DNA of 64,000 nt from Spirochaetia bacterium (GCA_965203905.1 CBDBDQ010000005.1:6496001-6560000), one strand, 5' to 3'; numbered from the stretch's first letter, positions 9,887-19,662 are shown. Numbers and translations: made by a program. The notes: generated from the sequence alone by a model not told the origin.

Positions 9887-11020
9887 TCACACCTCCACGC
9901 GGTAGCCGTCGCCGGCGCGCACGCCGCGTTCGACCAGCTCCGGCTCCAGGTCGAAGCCGGTACCGGGGGTGTCCGGCACCAGCAGCTTGCCGTCACGCAG
10001 CTCCCAGCCGTCCAGCAGCACCCCCTCGGTGTCGGCGGGTGCCGCCTCCTGCAGGCAGAAGTTGGGCACCGACGCCGCGAAGTGGGCGTGCGCGTAGCGC
10101 TCGATGATCGAACCCCAGCAGTGCGGTGCGCAACGCGCGCCCCATGGCTCGATGCGCGACGCTGCAGCTTTCCACCAGGACAGCCCCTGCATGCGGAAGT
10201 CGTGCTGCACCACGTCGATGTCGCCGGCCTCCACCATGGCGAAGAAGGTGGGCGGCGGCGGGCCCGACTCTCCGTCGGCTACCAGCGTCGCGTAGCCGCG
10301 CTCGCGGATGAACCGCTTCAGATCGGCGTTGAGCGCCGGATCCTCCCCGAACGGTTCCTCGAACCAGTAGATGCCGGCATCGGCGCACGCGCGCAGGGTG
10401 TCCTTGGTGCTGTTGAGGGTGCCGCCGTTGTTGGCGTCCACCAGGATCTTGGCATCGGGGCCGGCGGCCTCGCGCACGGTGTGGATCACCAGCACGTCGC
10501 GCTCCAGGCCGGCGGCGGTGGGCATCCAGCGCGCGCCGCGGCCGATCTTGATCTTGAAGTTGCGGTACCCGTAGCGGTGGCCGGTGCGCACCTCTTCCTG
10601 AAAAATCTCCCGGGCCTGCACGTCGTCGGCGTCCAGGTCATCGATGTAGATGGAGCCGTCGTAGAGCTCGACGGCGCGGCTGCCGCGCGCCCCGAGCAGC
10701 CGGTACAGCGGCACTCCCTGCAGCCTGGCGGCGAGGTCCCACAGCGGCAGGTCGATCGCCGTGCCGTCCGCCAGCGCTCCGTCGGGCAGCCGGAACAGCT
10801 CCCCCAGGGAGCGGCCGACCAGCGACTCGGCCGCGTCCCGTGCCAGGCGCGACCAGCCCACGCCGACCGCGCCGCTCGCGGTGTGCACCCGCACCACGGA
10901 GTCGTGCACCACCGTGCCGTGGGCGCCGCCGCGGGCGTTGCAGCCGATATCGCGCGGGCGCGGGCTGTGCACCTCGATCTTCTCGATCCGGGTAATTCGT
11001 TCGCGCGCCAAGTCGCTCAT
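9887..11020 (-). CDS. Enolase-superfamily (mandelate racemase-like) enzyme
   Basis: DLPLWDLAAR..GVPLYRLLG, FKIKIG, VDAN, WFEEP, ADGE, PGTG. Confidence 0.92.
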   Translation of the reverse strand: MSDLARERITRIEKIEVHSPRPRDIGCNARGGAHGTVVHDSVVRVHTASGAVGVGWSRLARDAAESLVGRSLGELFRLPDGALADGTAIDLPLWDLAARLQGVPLYRLLGARGSRAVELYDGSIYIDDLDADDVQAREIFQEEVRTGHRYGYRNFKIKIGRGARWMPTAAGLERDVLVIHTVREAAGPDAKILVDANNGGTLNSTKDTLRACADAGIYWFEEPFGEDPALNADLKRFIRERGYATLVADGESGPPPPTFFAMVEAGDIDVVQHDFRMQGLSWWKAAASRIEPWGARCAPHCWGSIIERYAHAHFAASVPNFCLQEAAPADTEGVLLDGWELRDGKLLVPDTPGTGFDLEPELVERGVRAGDGYRVEV

Positions 11021-11053
11021 CCGAAATGCTCCTTTGGTTGCCCCAGCGTAGCC

Positions 11054-12085
11054 TCAAGCGCCGTCGAAGCGCACCCCTACCTTGAGGGCGCCGTCGGCGC
11101 GCGAGCGGGCCAGCTCGTAGGCGCGCGCCACCTCCTGCAGCGGGAACACGTGGCTGACCAGCCCCGCCACCTCGATCGCGCCGCGCACGATCAGGTCCAG
11201 CGCCAGGCGGAACGAACGCTTGCCCGGCTCGGCCGCGGCGCCGCTGACGCTGGTGATGCGGCACTGGGCACGGAACAGGGTGTAGAAGTCGACCGGGAAG
11301 ATGTCCTGCTTGGGCAGACCGAAGAACAGGATGCGGCCACCGGGGCGGGCCAGCCGCGGTGCCAGGTTGACGGCGTCCGGAGACCCGGCAGCCTCCACCA
11401 CCAGGTCGGCCCTGGCGCCGCCGGTGAACGCGGCCACCCGTGCCACCGGGTCGTCGCGTGCGGGCTGATATGCCTCGTCGGCCCCCATGCGCAGCCCGGC
11501 GGCGATACGCGCATCGCTCAGGTCCAGCACCAGGATCCGGTCCGCGCCGAGACGCCGCAGCATCGCCACGAACAGCAGCCCGGCGCTGCCCTGCCCGATC
11601 ACCACGGCGCTCCGGGCAACCACGTTGCCCACCTGCTGGCAGCCGTACACCACGGTGCCGAGCTGCTGCGCCAGCACCAGGTGCTCGGCCGGCAGGTCGC
11701 CCGGCAGCCGGATCAGGTCCGAGCAGGGGGCGACGAAACGCTCGGCCATGCCTTGCTGTTGCGTCACCAGGGCGAGCACGCGGGTGTCCGGTGTCAGACC
11801 GTCGGGTGCGGCGGCCGCGGGATCCGGAGCCGTCACCCGTGCCACGATCTCGTGACCGGAAACGCCGGGCGGCAGCGGGTAGGCGTCCGCGCCGCCGCTG
11901 TACACGGTGCGCAGGTCGCTGCCGCAGAGGGTGACCAGCTCGGGTCGCAGCTGGGCCTGTCCCGCCGCCGGCTCCGGAGCCGGCGTGGCGATCACCTCCA
12001 CCTGCCCGGGAGCGGTGACGCGGGCCGCGCGCACGGTGGCGAGCGGCGCAGCAAGGCATTCATCGCGCCGCCTGACGGTGTTCAT
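11054..12085 (-). CDS. Zinc-binding (MDR) dehydrogenase
   Basis: LCGSD, GHE, VIGQGSAG, VEAAG; start uncertain (12085 or GTG 12034). Confidence 0.9.
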   Translation of the reverse strand: MNTVRRRDECLAAPLATVRAARVTAPGQVEVIATPAPEPAAGQAQLRPELVTLCGSDLRTVYSGGADAYPLPPGVSGHEIVARVTAPDPAAAAPDGLTPDTRVLALVTQQQGMAERFVAPCSDLIRLPGDLPAEHLVLAQQLGTVVYGCQQVGNVVARSAVVIGQGSAGLLFVAMLRRLGADRILVLDLSDARIAAGLRMGADEAYQPARDDPVARVAAFTGGARADLVVEAAGSPDAVNLAPRLARPGGRILFFGLPKQDIFPVDFYTLFRAQCRITSVSGAAAEPGKRSFRLALDLIVRGAIEVAGLVSHVFPLQEVARAYELARSRADGALKVGVRFDGA

Positions 12086-12111
12086 GCAAAGCTCCTCGTG
12101 GCTGAGAGTTG

Positions 12112-12178
12112 GCCTACGGTACCGCGCTCGGCGCGCACGTGTCACACGGTGCCGAAGCAGAGCCCAGATAGCCCGGCC
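12112..12178 (-). promoter_or_regulatory. Duplicated promoter-like element (second copy about 34840-34902)
   Basis: Minus strand GTGACA-N18-TACCGT within a ~65-bp segment similar to 34840-34902. Confidence 0.55.
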
Positions 12179-12227
12179 CGCTGCGGCATGCTACAGTGAT
12201 CGTGTTGACAGCGGAGTACGGGATCGG

Positions 12228-12737
12228 ATGAGGCTGGACAGCGTCGAGCGTATTGCGCGCGGGTTGAACGACAGCGAGGTGCGTTTCATCGTGGTGGGCG
12301 GACTGGCAGTCGTTGCCCATGGCTACGGCCGTCAGACGCATGACCTCGATCTTGTCATTCAGCTTGAGCCTGGCTCCATCCACCGCGCGTTCAAGGCACT
12401 GGCCAAGCTGGGGTATCGGCCGCGCGTCCCGGTCACGGCGGATGCGTTTGCCGACCCGCGGCGCCGCGCGCAACTGATTGCGGACAAGGGAATGATGGTC
12501 CTGGGCTTCCACAGCGACCGGCACCGCGAGACGCCGGTCGACCTGTTCGCCGCGGAACCGTTCGACTTCGCTGCCGAGTACGCGACGGCGCTGGTCGAGG
12601 AGGTGGCGCCCGGAGTGCCGGTACGGATCGTGCGGCTGGAAGTCCTGCTCCGGCTGAAGCGCGGGGCGGGCAGGCCCCAAGACCTGGCGGATATCGCGGA
12701 ACTGACTCAGCTTGATCGGGGGGAAGGAAATGGCTGA
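12228..12737 (+). CDS. Nucleotidyltransferase (DUF6036/AbiEii-like), probable TA component
   Basis: VVGGLAVVAHG, RQTHDLDL, VDL, LKRGAGRPQDLADI; TGCTACAGT extended -10 at 12189. Confidence 0.85.
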   Translation: MRLDSVERIARGLNDSEVRFIVVGGLAVVAHGYGRQTHDLDLVIQLEPGSIHRAFKALAKLGYRPRVPVTADAFADPRRRAQLIADKGMMVLGFHSDRHRETPVDLFAAEPFDFAAEYATALVEEVAPGVPVRIVRLEVLLRLKRGAGRPQDLADIAELTQLDRGEGNG

Positions 12738-12924
12738 CGAGATCGATTGGCGGCTGGTCACGTTCGCCGGCAACCGCCGCCGCCAACGGGAGGAATTCCG
12801 TGCTCTCCCGTTGCGCGACAAGCTGATCGCGATCGAGCAGCTCTCGATGGTTACCGAGTACTTCCGAGCCCGCCGCCGCGCAGCGAGGACAGCGCAGTCG
12901 ACGGACGATGCTCGCAATACGTAG
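12730..12924 (+). CDS. Small partner protein of the nucleotidyltransferase
   Basis: Overlaps NTase stop; GGAAGG RBS; near-identical paralog at 19915-20109. Confidence 0.7.
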   Translation: MADEIDWRLVTFAGNRRRQREEFRALPLRDKLIAIEQLSMVTEYFRARRRAARTAQSTDDARNT

Positions 12925-12996
12925 TCACGAGCCCTCTTTGCACTCTCCTCCGCCCGTACCGTAGTATTGGATTCTGGACCGTAGTTGAGTGTGAAT

Positions 12997-13089
12997 ATGG
13001 ATATTGCATACCGCCTCGATCCGATCAACGAGGCTTATGCCGACATGCTGCAGGGCGGCCGCAAGCGCGCGGCTCTGACCACCGGCTGA
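12997..13089 (+). pseudogene. Orphan C-terminal scrap of a Zn-dependent alcohol dehydrogenase
   Basis: Translates YRLDPINEAYADMLQG, resembling the MDR C-terminal motif. Confidence 0.45.
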
Positions 13090-13575
13090 GTGCGCAGCTT
13101 CTTTGCGCGGGTCGTCCGCGTCGAGCCGAACTTCCTGCACCTGACGCTGCGTCCGGTCGCGGCCACCTGCGCGGTTGGCGGTGCTGCCGTGATCGGTCTC
13201 GCGCTCGTGGTGACGGGGCTGGGTGGCTTCGTCGGCGTGGCCGCGTTGCTGGGCACGTTGATGGCCGGGGCGTACCTGCCGAGCAGATCCTTGGTGATGA
13301 ACCGCGAGACCGGCGAGCTATTGGTGCTCCGGCGCACGCGAATGAGTGGCGGCTCGACGCCGGCCGAGGTCAGTTGCGCTCTCACCGACATCGTCGGCGT
13401 CGAGATCGCCGAGCGTCCCGGTGGCGCCGCCGGCGCGCGCTGCGAACTGCTTATGCAGGACGGCTCGCGGGTTCCGATTGAGCGTGCCTACAGTCGCGCC
13501 GCGCGAAAGCACCAGTTGCTCCGCGACCAGATTCTGAGCTTCCTCCGCCAGGACACCAGGAGTGACGATCGCTGA
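13090..13575 (+). CDS. Hypothetical membrane protein
   Basis: Two N-terminal hydrophobic stretches followed by a beta-rich region. Confidence 0.6.
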   Translation: MRSFFARVVRVEPNFLHLTLRPVAATCAVGGAAVIGLALVVTGLGGFVGVAALLGTLMAGAYLPSRSLVMNRETGELLVLRRTRMSGGSTPAEVSCALTDIVGVEIAERPGGAAGARCELLMQDGSRVPIERAYSRAARKHQLLRDQILSFLRQDTRSDDR

Positions 13576-13597
13576 GGTCTGCAGCACGGGTTGCTAT

Positions 13598-15160
13598 TCA
13601 ACCCGGCGCCACCGCGAACGCGGTCACGTTGCGCGTGGCGCGGCTGAACTCCACCCCCACCAGGTGGATGGGCTCGCCCAGGTGGCGATACTTGGCCGCG
13701 TAGTCCCGGCTCTGAAGCTGCGCCAGCGCACTCCCCTCCGGCTCCATCTCCACCACCTTGAATTCGAACAGGTACACGTGCCCGCCGGCCCGCACCGCCA
13801 TGTCCAGCCGCCCGTGGCTGCTGGAGTCTTCCACGGCGATCTCATATCCCAGGGCCGCGAAGTACGAGAAAAAAACGCTCGCGTAGTAGCCCTCGTACTC
13901 GGCGATGTCATTGTTCGTGTACCACTGGTACGGGATGCTGGCGAAGAATGCCTGGAACAGCGCCTGCATGCCGTCGAAATCATTCGCCTCCAGCAGGTCG
14001 TAGAGGCGGATGCTGTTGGCGGTCTGGCGGCTGGTGTCCTGCACCAGGTGACGCAGCAGGTGGTCGTTCAGGCTCTGGCGCACCTCCCGGTTGGGGTAGC
14101 CGAGGCGATACAGCATCCTGCCGGCCCGCCGCTCCTCGGTATCGATGGTCAGGTAGCCGGTCTGGAACAGCAGCGCCTCGGTGCCGATGTGCTCAGCGGC
14201 GGTGCGGCCGCCGACGTCGAACGCCGACAGCAGCTCGGCGGTGCTCACCGTGTCCCCCAGTGACACCGAGGTGACGCGGCGTTCGAACAGCATCTTCACC
14301 AGGAACGCCGGCGAACCGGTCTCGAACCAGTGGGCATCGAACTCGCGGCTGTGGAACAGCCGCAGCAGGTCGTAGGGGTTGTATACTCGCTCGCTGCCGC
14401 GCCAGTTGTAGCCGTTGTACCAATCGCGGATCTGCTCGCGGTCCAACCCGGGGAGTTCTGCGGCGAACACCCTATCCAGATCCTCGTCGGTGTAGCCGCA
14501 GATCGCCGCGTAGCGCGGATCGAGGGTGAGGTCGGTGACGTTGTTCAGCCCTGAGAAAAGGTTGACCTTCGAGAACTTGCTCACCCCGGTCAGGAAGGTG
14601 AAGCACACGTGGGCGTCGGCGTCCTTGATCACCCCATACAGGCCGCTCAGCTCGTCGCGGTTGGCGAGCGCCAACTCCGGTTTCTCCAGCGCGTCCAGGA
14701 TCGGCTTGTCGTACTCATCCACCAGCACCGCCACTCGCTGTCCGGTCTCCCGGTGCAGTGTCTCCAGCAGATCTCGAAAGCGGTCCGCAGCGGTGTCGTA
14801 GCGCCCGCTGATCGACCGCTGGCGCTCGATGCCGCCCAGTTGGGCGATCACGTTCTTGGGCAGGTAACCCGGCTTCGCGAAGTTGCCGCCGGCGAAGCTC
14901 AACCGCACCACCGGGTGGCGCTGCGTGCAGTTCCGGCGCCCGTGGATGTGCAGCCCCCGAAACAACTCCTCGTTGCCCTCGAAGTACTCCTTCAGGGTGT
15001 CCACGAACAGACTCTTGCCGAACCGCCGCGGCCGCGACAGGAACCAGTGCTTGCCCTCGTCGAGCAGCCGGTCGAGGTAGCCGGTCTTGTCCACGTAGTA
15101 GCAGTTCCGCTCGCGAATCTCGCGAAGGGTCTGGATGCCAAGCGGCAGTCTGCGCTTCAC
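13598..15160 (-). CDS. AAA-ATPase-like plus PD-(D/E)XK (DUF1703) protein
   Basis: LPLGIQ, YYVDKT, FLSRPRRFGKS, LVDEYDKP, GRLDM..YLFEFK. Confidence 0.93.
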   Translation of the reverse strand: MKRRLPLGIQTLREIRERNCYYVDKTGYLDRLLDEGKHWFLSRPRRFGKSLFVDTLKEYFEGNEELFRGLHIHGRRNCTQRHPVVRLSFAGGNFAKPGYLPKNVIAQLGGIERQRSISGRYDTAADRFRDLLETLHRETGQRVAVLVDEYDKPILDALEKPELALANRDELSGLYGVIKDADAHVCFTFLTGVSKFSKVNLFSGLNNVTDLTLDPRYAAICGYTDEDLDRVFAAELPGLDREQIRDWYNGYNWRGSERVYNPYDLLRLFHSREFDAHWFETGSPAFLVKMLFERRVTSVSLGDTVSTAELLSAFDVGGRTAAEHIGTEALLFQTGYLTIDTEERRAGRMLYRLGYPNREVRQSLNDHLLRHLVQDTSRQTANSIRLYDLLEANDFDGMQALFQAFFASIPYQWYTNNDIAEYEGYYASVFFSYFAALGYEIAVEDSSSHGRLDMAVRAGGHVYLFEFKVVEMEPEGSALAQLQSRDYAAKYRHLGEPIHLVGVEFSRATRNVTAFAVAPG

Positions 15161-15394
15161 CACCGCCATCCTACCCGGGCCGGGTGGTGGTTGCCACCCG
15201 AGCCGCGGGCCGCGCTCGCCTGGAACCGGTGCGATGAGGTTCGTGAGGCTGACAGCGTTCACGGCGAAGCGGGCGCTGCTGCGGTGGCGGGTGGTGAGGC
15301 GGGGCCGTCGCGGCTGCTTGGCGCCGTGAGCCCGATGAGCACGCCAGCGTGCTAGACTGCCTGCACACCATCGCGGGCGAGTTTGGGGGAACGA

Positions 15395-15495
15395 TCCTCC
15401 GTTGATATTCCTCCGGGTGGTTCATCCAGGTCCGCGCATCGGCGTTGACCTAGCGCCAGGCGCAGCGCGGTCTCCGCCGTGATGCCGCGCCCGGC
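15395..15495 (-). pseudogene. HigA-family antitoxin remnant
   Basis: Minus strand GRGITAETALRLA then frameshifted DARTWMN..EY. Confidence 0.6.
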
Positions 15496-15568
15496 AGGTG
15501 CCGATCCTGATCGGCTTCAGCCTGCCGGGGCTCGCTCGCCGCGGACGGGAGCCTGCTGCCCGTGTCCG

Positions 15569-16687
15569 CTATTGCCTGGCCAGCTCGATGGCGCCACACT
15601 CCACCAGCGAGTCACCCGTGGCCCGGAGCGTGTCCAACACAGGATGAGTCTTCAGCCCCAACTCACGAATGGCCCTGGTGCACTTGGCGTGCCAGAAGTC
15701 CGGCGTGTCCGGCGTCTGCCAGTCGCCGCCCACCGCGACATCGGGATACAGCCCGCTGAGCGCATCGCGCATCTGCCGCGCGGTGAGCTCCCCGGACTCG
15801 TCGGTGGCGCCCAGGATGTATCTGGATCCATTCGTGGCGACGCTGCTGGTTGCCATCAGGCGCTGCGCCTGGCCGATGTCGCGCACGTCGATCACGTTCC
15901 ACAGGAAGCCGGGCGCCGCGCCCTCCAGAGTCGCGATGGCCGGCCCGAAGCCCAGGCCGATCCAGCTCCCCGCGGCGTCTTGCCCGCTTTGCCCGGACAG
16001 CGCCTGGCCGATCTTCTTCTGCCACACGTTGTTCTGCGTCCTGTTGAGAACAGGACCCAGCACATGGCTGGGCATGTTGGAGACCACATCGATGCCGGTC
16101 TCCTCGCCCCAGGCATAGCCATACTTCTCGGCATCCACCTTGCCCTTGGCGTAGGAGGCCTTCTCGACGTTCCACAGGTGCTCGTCGGTGCCGTGGCCAC
16201 CCCAGTCCTGCTCGGTAAACTCGTAGCCGCTGGGGTCGGCTCCACCCCGCCACCCGCCCCACACCGCCGCGCACGATGAGGTGTACATCACCCGCTTGAC
16301 GCTGCCGGCCTTGCGACACGACTTCAGCACGCCCTTGGTGCCGTCCATGATGGCGTCGTAGGTGCGTTGCGCGCTGCCTTCTCCGTACGCGGCATCGGTG
16401 CGCAGGTCGGCGGCGACATGAAACACGGCCGAGCAGCCGGCACACACCTCGTCGTAGGCGCCGCTGGTGGCCTGCAGCAGGTCCGCCTCGAAGATCTCGA
16501 CGCTGCCCGCGCCAAGGCCGTTCATGGCCAGCAGGAACTCGGTCTTGTCCCGACGGCTGGCGTCGCGCACGCTGGCGCGCACCGCGTAGCCCGCCTCGAA
16601 CAGGTTCTTGACGACGTGCGATCCGATGTAGCCCGAGGCGCCGGTAACGGCGACCGCCCCGTCGGTGGGTCCCGTGATAGGTGGCAT
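15569..16687 (-). CDS. Extended SDR, aldehyde/dihydroflavonol reductase-like
   Basis: VTGASGYIGS, VFHVA, YTSS, YAKGK, IDVRD. Confidence 0.9.
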   Translation of the reverse strand: MPPITGPTDGAVAVTGASGYIGSHVVKNLFEAGYAVRASVRDASRRDKTEFLLAMNGLGAGSVEIFEADLLQATSGAYDEVCAGCSAVFHVAADLRTDAAYGEGSAQRTYDAIMDGTKGVLKSCRKAGSVKRVMYTSSCAAVWGGWRGGADPSGYEFTEQDWGGHGTDEHLWNVEKASYAKGKVDAEKYGYAWGEETGIDVVSNMPSHVLGPVLNRTQNNVWQKKIGQALSGQSGQDAAGSWIGLGFGPAIATLEGAAPGFLWNVIDVRDIGQAQRLMATSSVATNGSRYILGATDESGELTARQMRDALSGLYPDVAVGGDWQTPDTPDFWHAKCTRAIRELGLKTHPVLDTLRATGDSLVECGAIELARQ

Positions 16688-16734
16688 GGGTGGACGGTGT
16701 GCCTTGGGTCAGCCCGAAGTCAAGCCGCGTCTCT

Positions 16735-16874
16735 GGCGTGGGCGGCACATGGAGATGGCGCCGCGGCGGGCGATCTGGCCGGGCCTGTGCCTGACCATCG
16801 TTGTGTACGGCATCAACATATTCGGCGACGCGCTACGCGACCTGCTCGATCCCCGCCTGCGCGGCAGCGTCTGA
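16735..16874 (+). pseudogene. Orphan 3' end of a DppC-type ABC permease
   Basis: MEMAPRRAIWPGLCLTIVVYGINIFGDALRDLLDPRLRG matches ends of 23748-24644 and 25306-26223. Confidence 0.85.
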
Positions 16875-16958
16875 CCGCCGCTGCCGGAGCCATGCCTATT
16901 CGTCCACTCGCCGCAGAGCTTCAACCATCAGCGTGCCGCCCCAGCTCGGCATGGTCGC

Positions 16959-17222
16959 CGCGCCCACAACGCGGCCGCGACGCTGGCCGTCTGACTCGAG
17001 GCGGACCTGCTGCTCGCCGACGACCGGACCGTTCGCCGCTTGGCTGTCGTCGAAGGCATTCGACCGCTCGGCACGCCCGGCGTGTTGCCGCTGGCGCTGC
17101 GGCGGCGACTGGTCGACCGGGCCGAGGTGCGCCGGCTGGTGGACGACCTCGTGTGCTCCCATGGCTTCCGCATCGGGGTGGAGCTGTATGCAGCGGTGAT
17201 TCGCGAAGTCGACCGGCCGTAG
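16959..17222 (+). pseudogene. Degenerate 3' copy of the DUF3368 PIN toxin gene
   Basis: High DNA similarity to about 33460-33720; CGA>TGA stop at 16992. Confidence 0.85.
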
Positions 17223-17394
17223 CTGCAGCGTGCTACAGTGGGTGCACTCTTTCTCTGTGGCACCCGCGGCATCTGTGGTACGGGAAATAGAGATCCCTCG
17301 CGGAGATTCGATGATGTGGTAAGCATCTACCCCGGTGATGAGTCGTCGCTTCTGGGACGACTACGAAAGCCTGCTTCCCTCATCGCCCACCCAG

Positions 17395-17463
17395 AATCCA
17401 CCCAGACCCAGTCAGACCCAGCTCGAGGCGGCCTGACCGCTACCACACTGACGGAATGCACCC
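17395..17463 (+). repeat. Direct repeat copy 1 (copy 2 at 19663-19721)
   Basis: AATCCACCCAGACCCAG..TCGAGGCnGCCTGACCGCTACCACAnTGACGGAATGCACCC in both; copy 1 has an extra 10-bp duplication. Confidence 0.85.
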
Positions 17464-17478
17464 CAGCGGCACCTTGCC

Positions 17479-18822
17479 TCACGTCACCGAGTCTCGCGGT
17501 GCGGAGCGCTGCCGGCGCTCGTGGCGGTAACGGTGGTGAGCCGCGCAGCGCAAGACCAGGTTCCCCGGCTCCGCGCCGCCGCCCACCGCGACCGGAACGA
17601 TGTGGTCCATCTCGAGGAAGAAGCGCGAGCCGCAGCGCCGCCCGCTGTCCCGGTCGACGAAGGTGCAGCAGCCCTGGTCGCGCCGCCAAACCTCTCGTTT
17701 CACCGCAGCCGGAATCGATCTGCCCGACGATCTGGCGGACTTCTCCACCGAAGTCGGCTCCCCTGCGCCGCCGGTCCTCCGTTCCGGTGTCGAACTACCG
17801 GTTGCCACGCGGGACTTCGCCGCCGAAGTCGGCTCCGCCGATCCTGTGCCCCCCGTGCTCCGCTCCGAAGTCGAATCGCCGGCTGCCACGCGCGGCTTCG
17901 CCGCCGAAGGGGACACCGCCGCCGCCGCGGACTTCCCGGGCCGGTCCGGGTTCTCCGCCGCCGCGACGCGATCTGCCGTCTCCCGCCCCGCTGTCCCGGA
18001 CGGACGCTCGTCACTGATAGAGTCTGACTTCCGCTTCCGGCGGCGCGGCCGGCTCGGATCGTAGCGCTCCAGGCCCTCCCGCACCAGCCGCCCGACGAGT
18101 TGCCCGACCGTCAGGTGCGGATCCACGTGCGACAGCAGCTCCCGCAACTGCTGCAGTCCACGCTGGCACTCGGCGTCGATCACCGCCTTCAGCTCCCAGC
18201 GCCCGTCCCCCAGCGCCCGCAGCCGCTCGGCCGGCGCCGCCGCCTCGGGATCCACCTCCGCCAGCATCTGTTGCACCTGCCGCGTGCTCTTGCCCACCGC
18301 CTGCTCCACCAGCCGCTGCCGGGCGTGCGCATCCAGCACCGGCGATGGCGCACCCTGCGCCTCGCCCGCCGGCGCGGATGGAGCCGAGCCGGCACGCGGC
18401 GCGGCGCTGGTGCCGGCTCCCGGCGACCCGGTGGCGGCCCGTCCGCCTGCGCTGCGGTCCCAGCGCTCGAAGGAGTTCTGCAACAGGGCCGCGTTGCTCA
18501 GGTTCAGCGAGCCGTCCTGCAGCCACGCGCGGACGCCGCGGGTCTCGCGGCACAGGCGCATGGCTTTGATACGCCGCCAAGCGGCTGCCTCGGTATAGTG
18601 CAGCTCGCGCACGGTGTAGTCGAACAAGCTGGAGTAGCCGAGGCGCAGGTACAGGCGCCGGGCCTCGATTTCGCGCAGGTGGTCGAGGACGCTGAGCTGC
18701 AGCGCCTGCTCGTGGCGGGCGAGCATTCTGGTCCGCTCCAGCAGCACCTGGTCGGGGAGCACGGCGACCGTGGAGAGGAGCTCTTCGGAGGCTGCTTCGG
18801 TCACGTTCGTCACGTTCGTCAT
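17479..18822 (-). CDS. DUF222-like N-terminal domain plus C-terminal HNH endonuclease
   Basis: HLREIEARRLY..GYSSLFDY; RSIPAAVKREVWRRD..C..C..LEMDHIVP..NL..RCAAHH. Confidence 0.88.
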   Translation of the reverse strand: MTNVTNVTEAASEELLSTVAVLPDQVLLERTRMLARHEQALQLSVLDHLREIEARRLYLRLGYSSLFDYTVRELHYTEAAAWRRIKAMRLCRETRGVRAWLQDGSLNLSNAALLQNSFERWDRSAGGRAATGSPGAGTSAAPRAGSAPSAPAGEAQGAPSPVLDAHARQRLVEQAVGKSTRQVQQMLAEVDPEAAAPAERLRALGDGRWELKAVIDAECQRGLQQLRELLSHVDPHLTVGQLVGRLVREGLERYDPSRPRRRKRKSDSISDERPSGTAGRETADRVAAAENPDRPGKSAAAAVSPSAAKPRVAAGDSTSERSTGGTGSAEPTSAAKSRVATGSSTPERRTGGAGEPTSVEKSARSSGRSIPAAVKREVWRRDQGCCTFVDRDSGRRCGSRFFLEMDHIVPVAVGGGAEPGNLVLRCAAHHRYRHERRQRSAPRDSVT

Positions 18823-18914
18823 TGGTAGATCCTTACTCCTTTGCTCCTATAGTGGAACGGAAGAAATCAAGACCCCCGTTCAAACCGTGCGTGCGGATTT
18901 CCCGCACACGGCTT
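18821..18914 (-). ncRNA. Group II intron domains V and VI
   Basis: AAGCCGTGTGCGGGAAATCCGCACGCACGGTTT (AGC triad, GAAA loop) at about 18882-18914, then a hairpin ending in AY. Confidence 0.88.
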
Positions 18915-18939
18915 ACCGGTGGACTCTCGAATCGCAGCA

Positions 18940-19578
18940 TTACGCAGTCTCCCAAAACGGTCGTTCGGGATAACGCACCAACGGCTGCAGGCGTATCAGC
19001 CCCAGTCGATAGAAAGACTCGCTGGTCCACCGGCTCGCCTCGCCGGGCGTCAAGTTGCGGCCCTTGCGGGCCAGCCGCAGCCTCCGCAACCGTTGCCAGA
19101 CATAGCTGTCGAGCTGATTGAACCGCTTGGCGGCATTACCGGTCCGAAAGTAGTTCGCCCACCCGCGAAGCACGGGATTGAGGTCGGTTATCACCACTCG
19201 TATATCCGCGTGGCTCCGCCCTCGGGGCGTCCTCTCTTTCACCTTCTCCCGGATTCTCTTCATCGCACGGTCCGACGGCCACCGATGCAGGTAGTACAGC
19301 CGCTTGCGCCGCTGCTCCCAGATCTTGCCGGACATCCGCTTGTGAAGATGGTGCCCCAGAAAGTCGAACCCTTCCTGTCCGTCGTACAGGTTCACCCTCC
19401 GCGTCTTCTCAGGATGTAGCTCCAGACCCAGTCGCGCCAGTATCTGGCGGACCCGCGCCTCGGCCTGCTGACACGCCCGCTTCGTGGCACAGATGATCAC
19501 AAAGTCATCCGCATACCGCACCAGTGTCCCCAAAGGGGCACTGTGGTGCGTCCACAGCGTGTCCAGTACGTGCAGGTG
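18940..19578 (-). pseudogene. Group II intron reverse transcriptase/maturase, N-terminal half missing, no En domain
   Basis: LHVLD, RYADDF, HPEKT, FDFLG, LNPVLRGWANYF. Confidence 0.9.
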
Positions 19579-19662
19579 CGCATGGACTACCCGCTGTATC
19601 GGTCGTGCGGTCTGCCGATCGGCAGCAGTCAGTCGAGGGGGCCTGCAAGAAACGTGGTCGCC
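19579..19662 (+). pseudogene. ISKra4/ISLre2-like transposase C-terminal scrap
   Basis: RMDYPLYRSCGLPIGS then frameshifted VEGACK. Confidence 0.7.

Larger units (their letters stand above)
18821..19578 (-). mobile_element. 5'-truncated group II intron (RT/maturase remnant plus domains V-VI)
   Basis: YADD-containing ORF followed by canonical domain V, domain VI and ...CTACCAAT end. Confidence 0.9.

Noticed and set aside
18940-19578. RT as retron, DGR or defence RT
   Set aside because: Maturase motif LRGWANYF and adjacent domains V-VI identify a group II intron; no template/variable repeat pair seen
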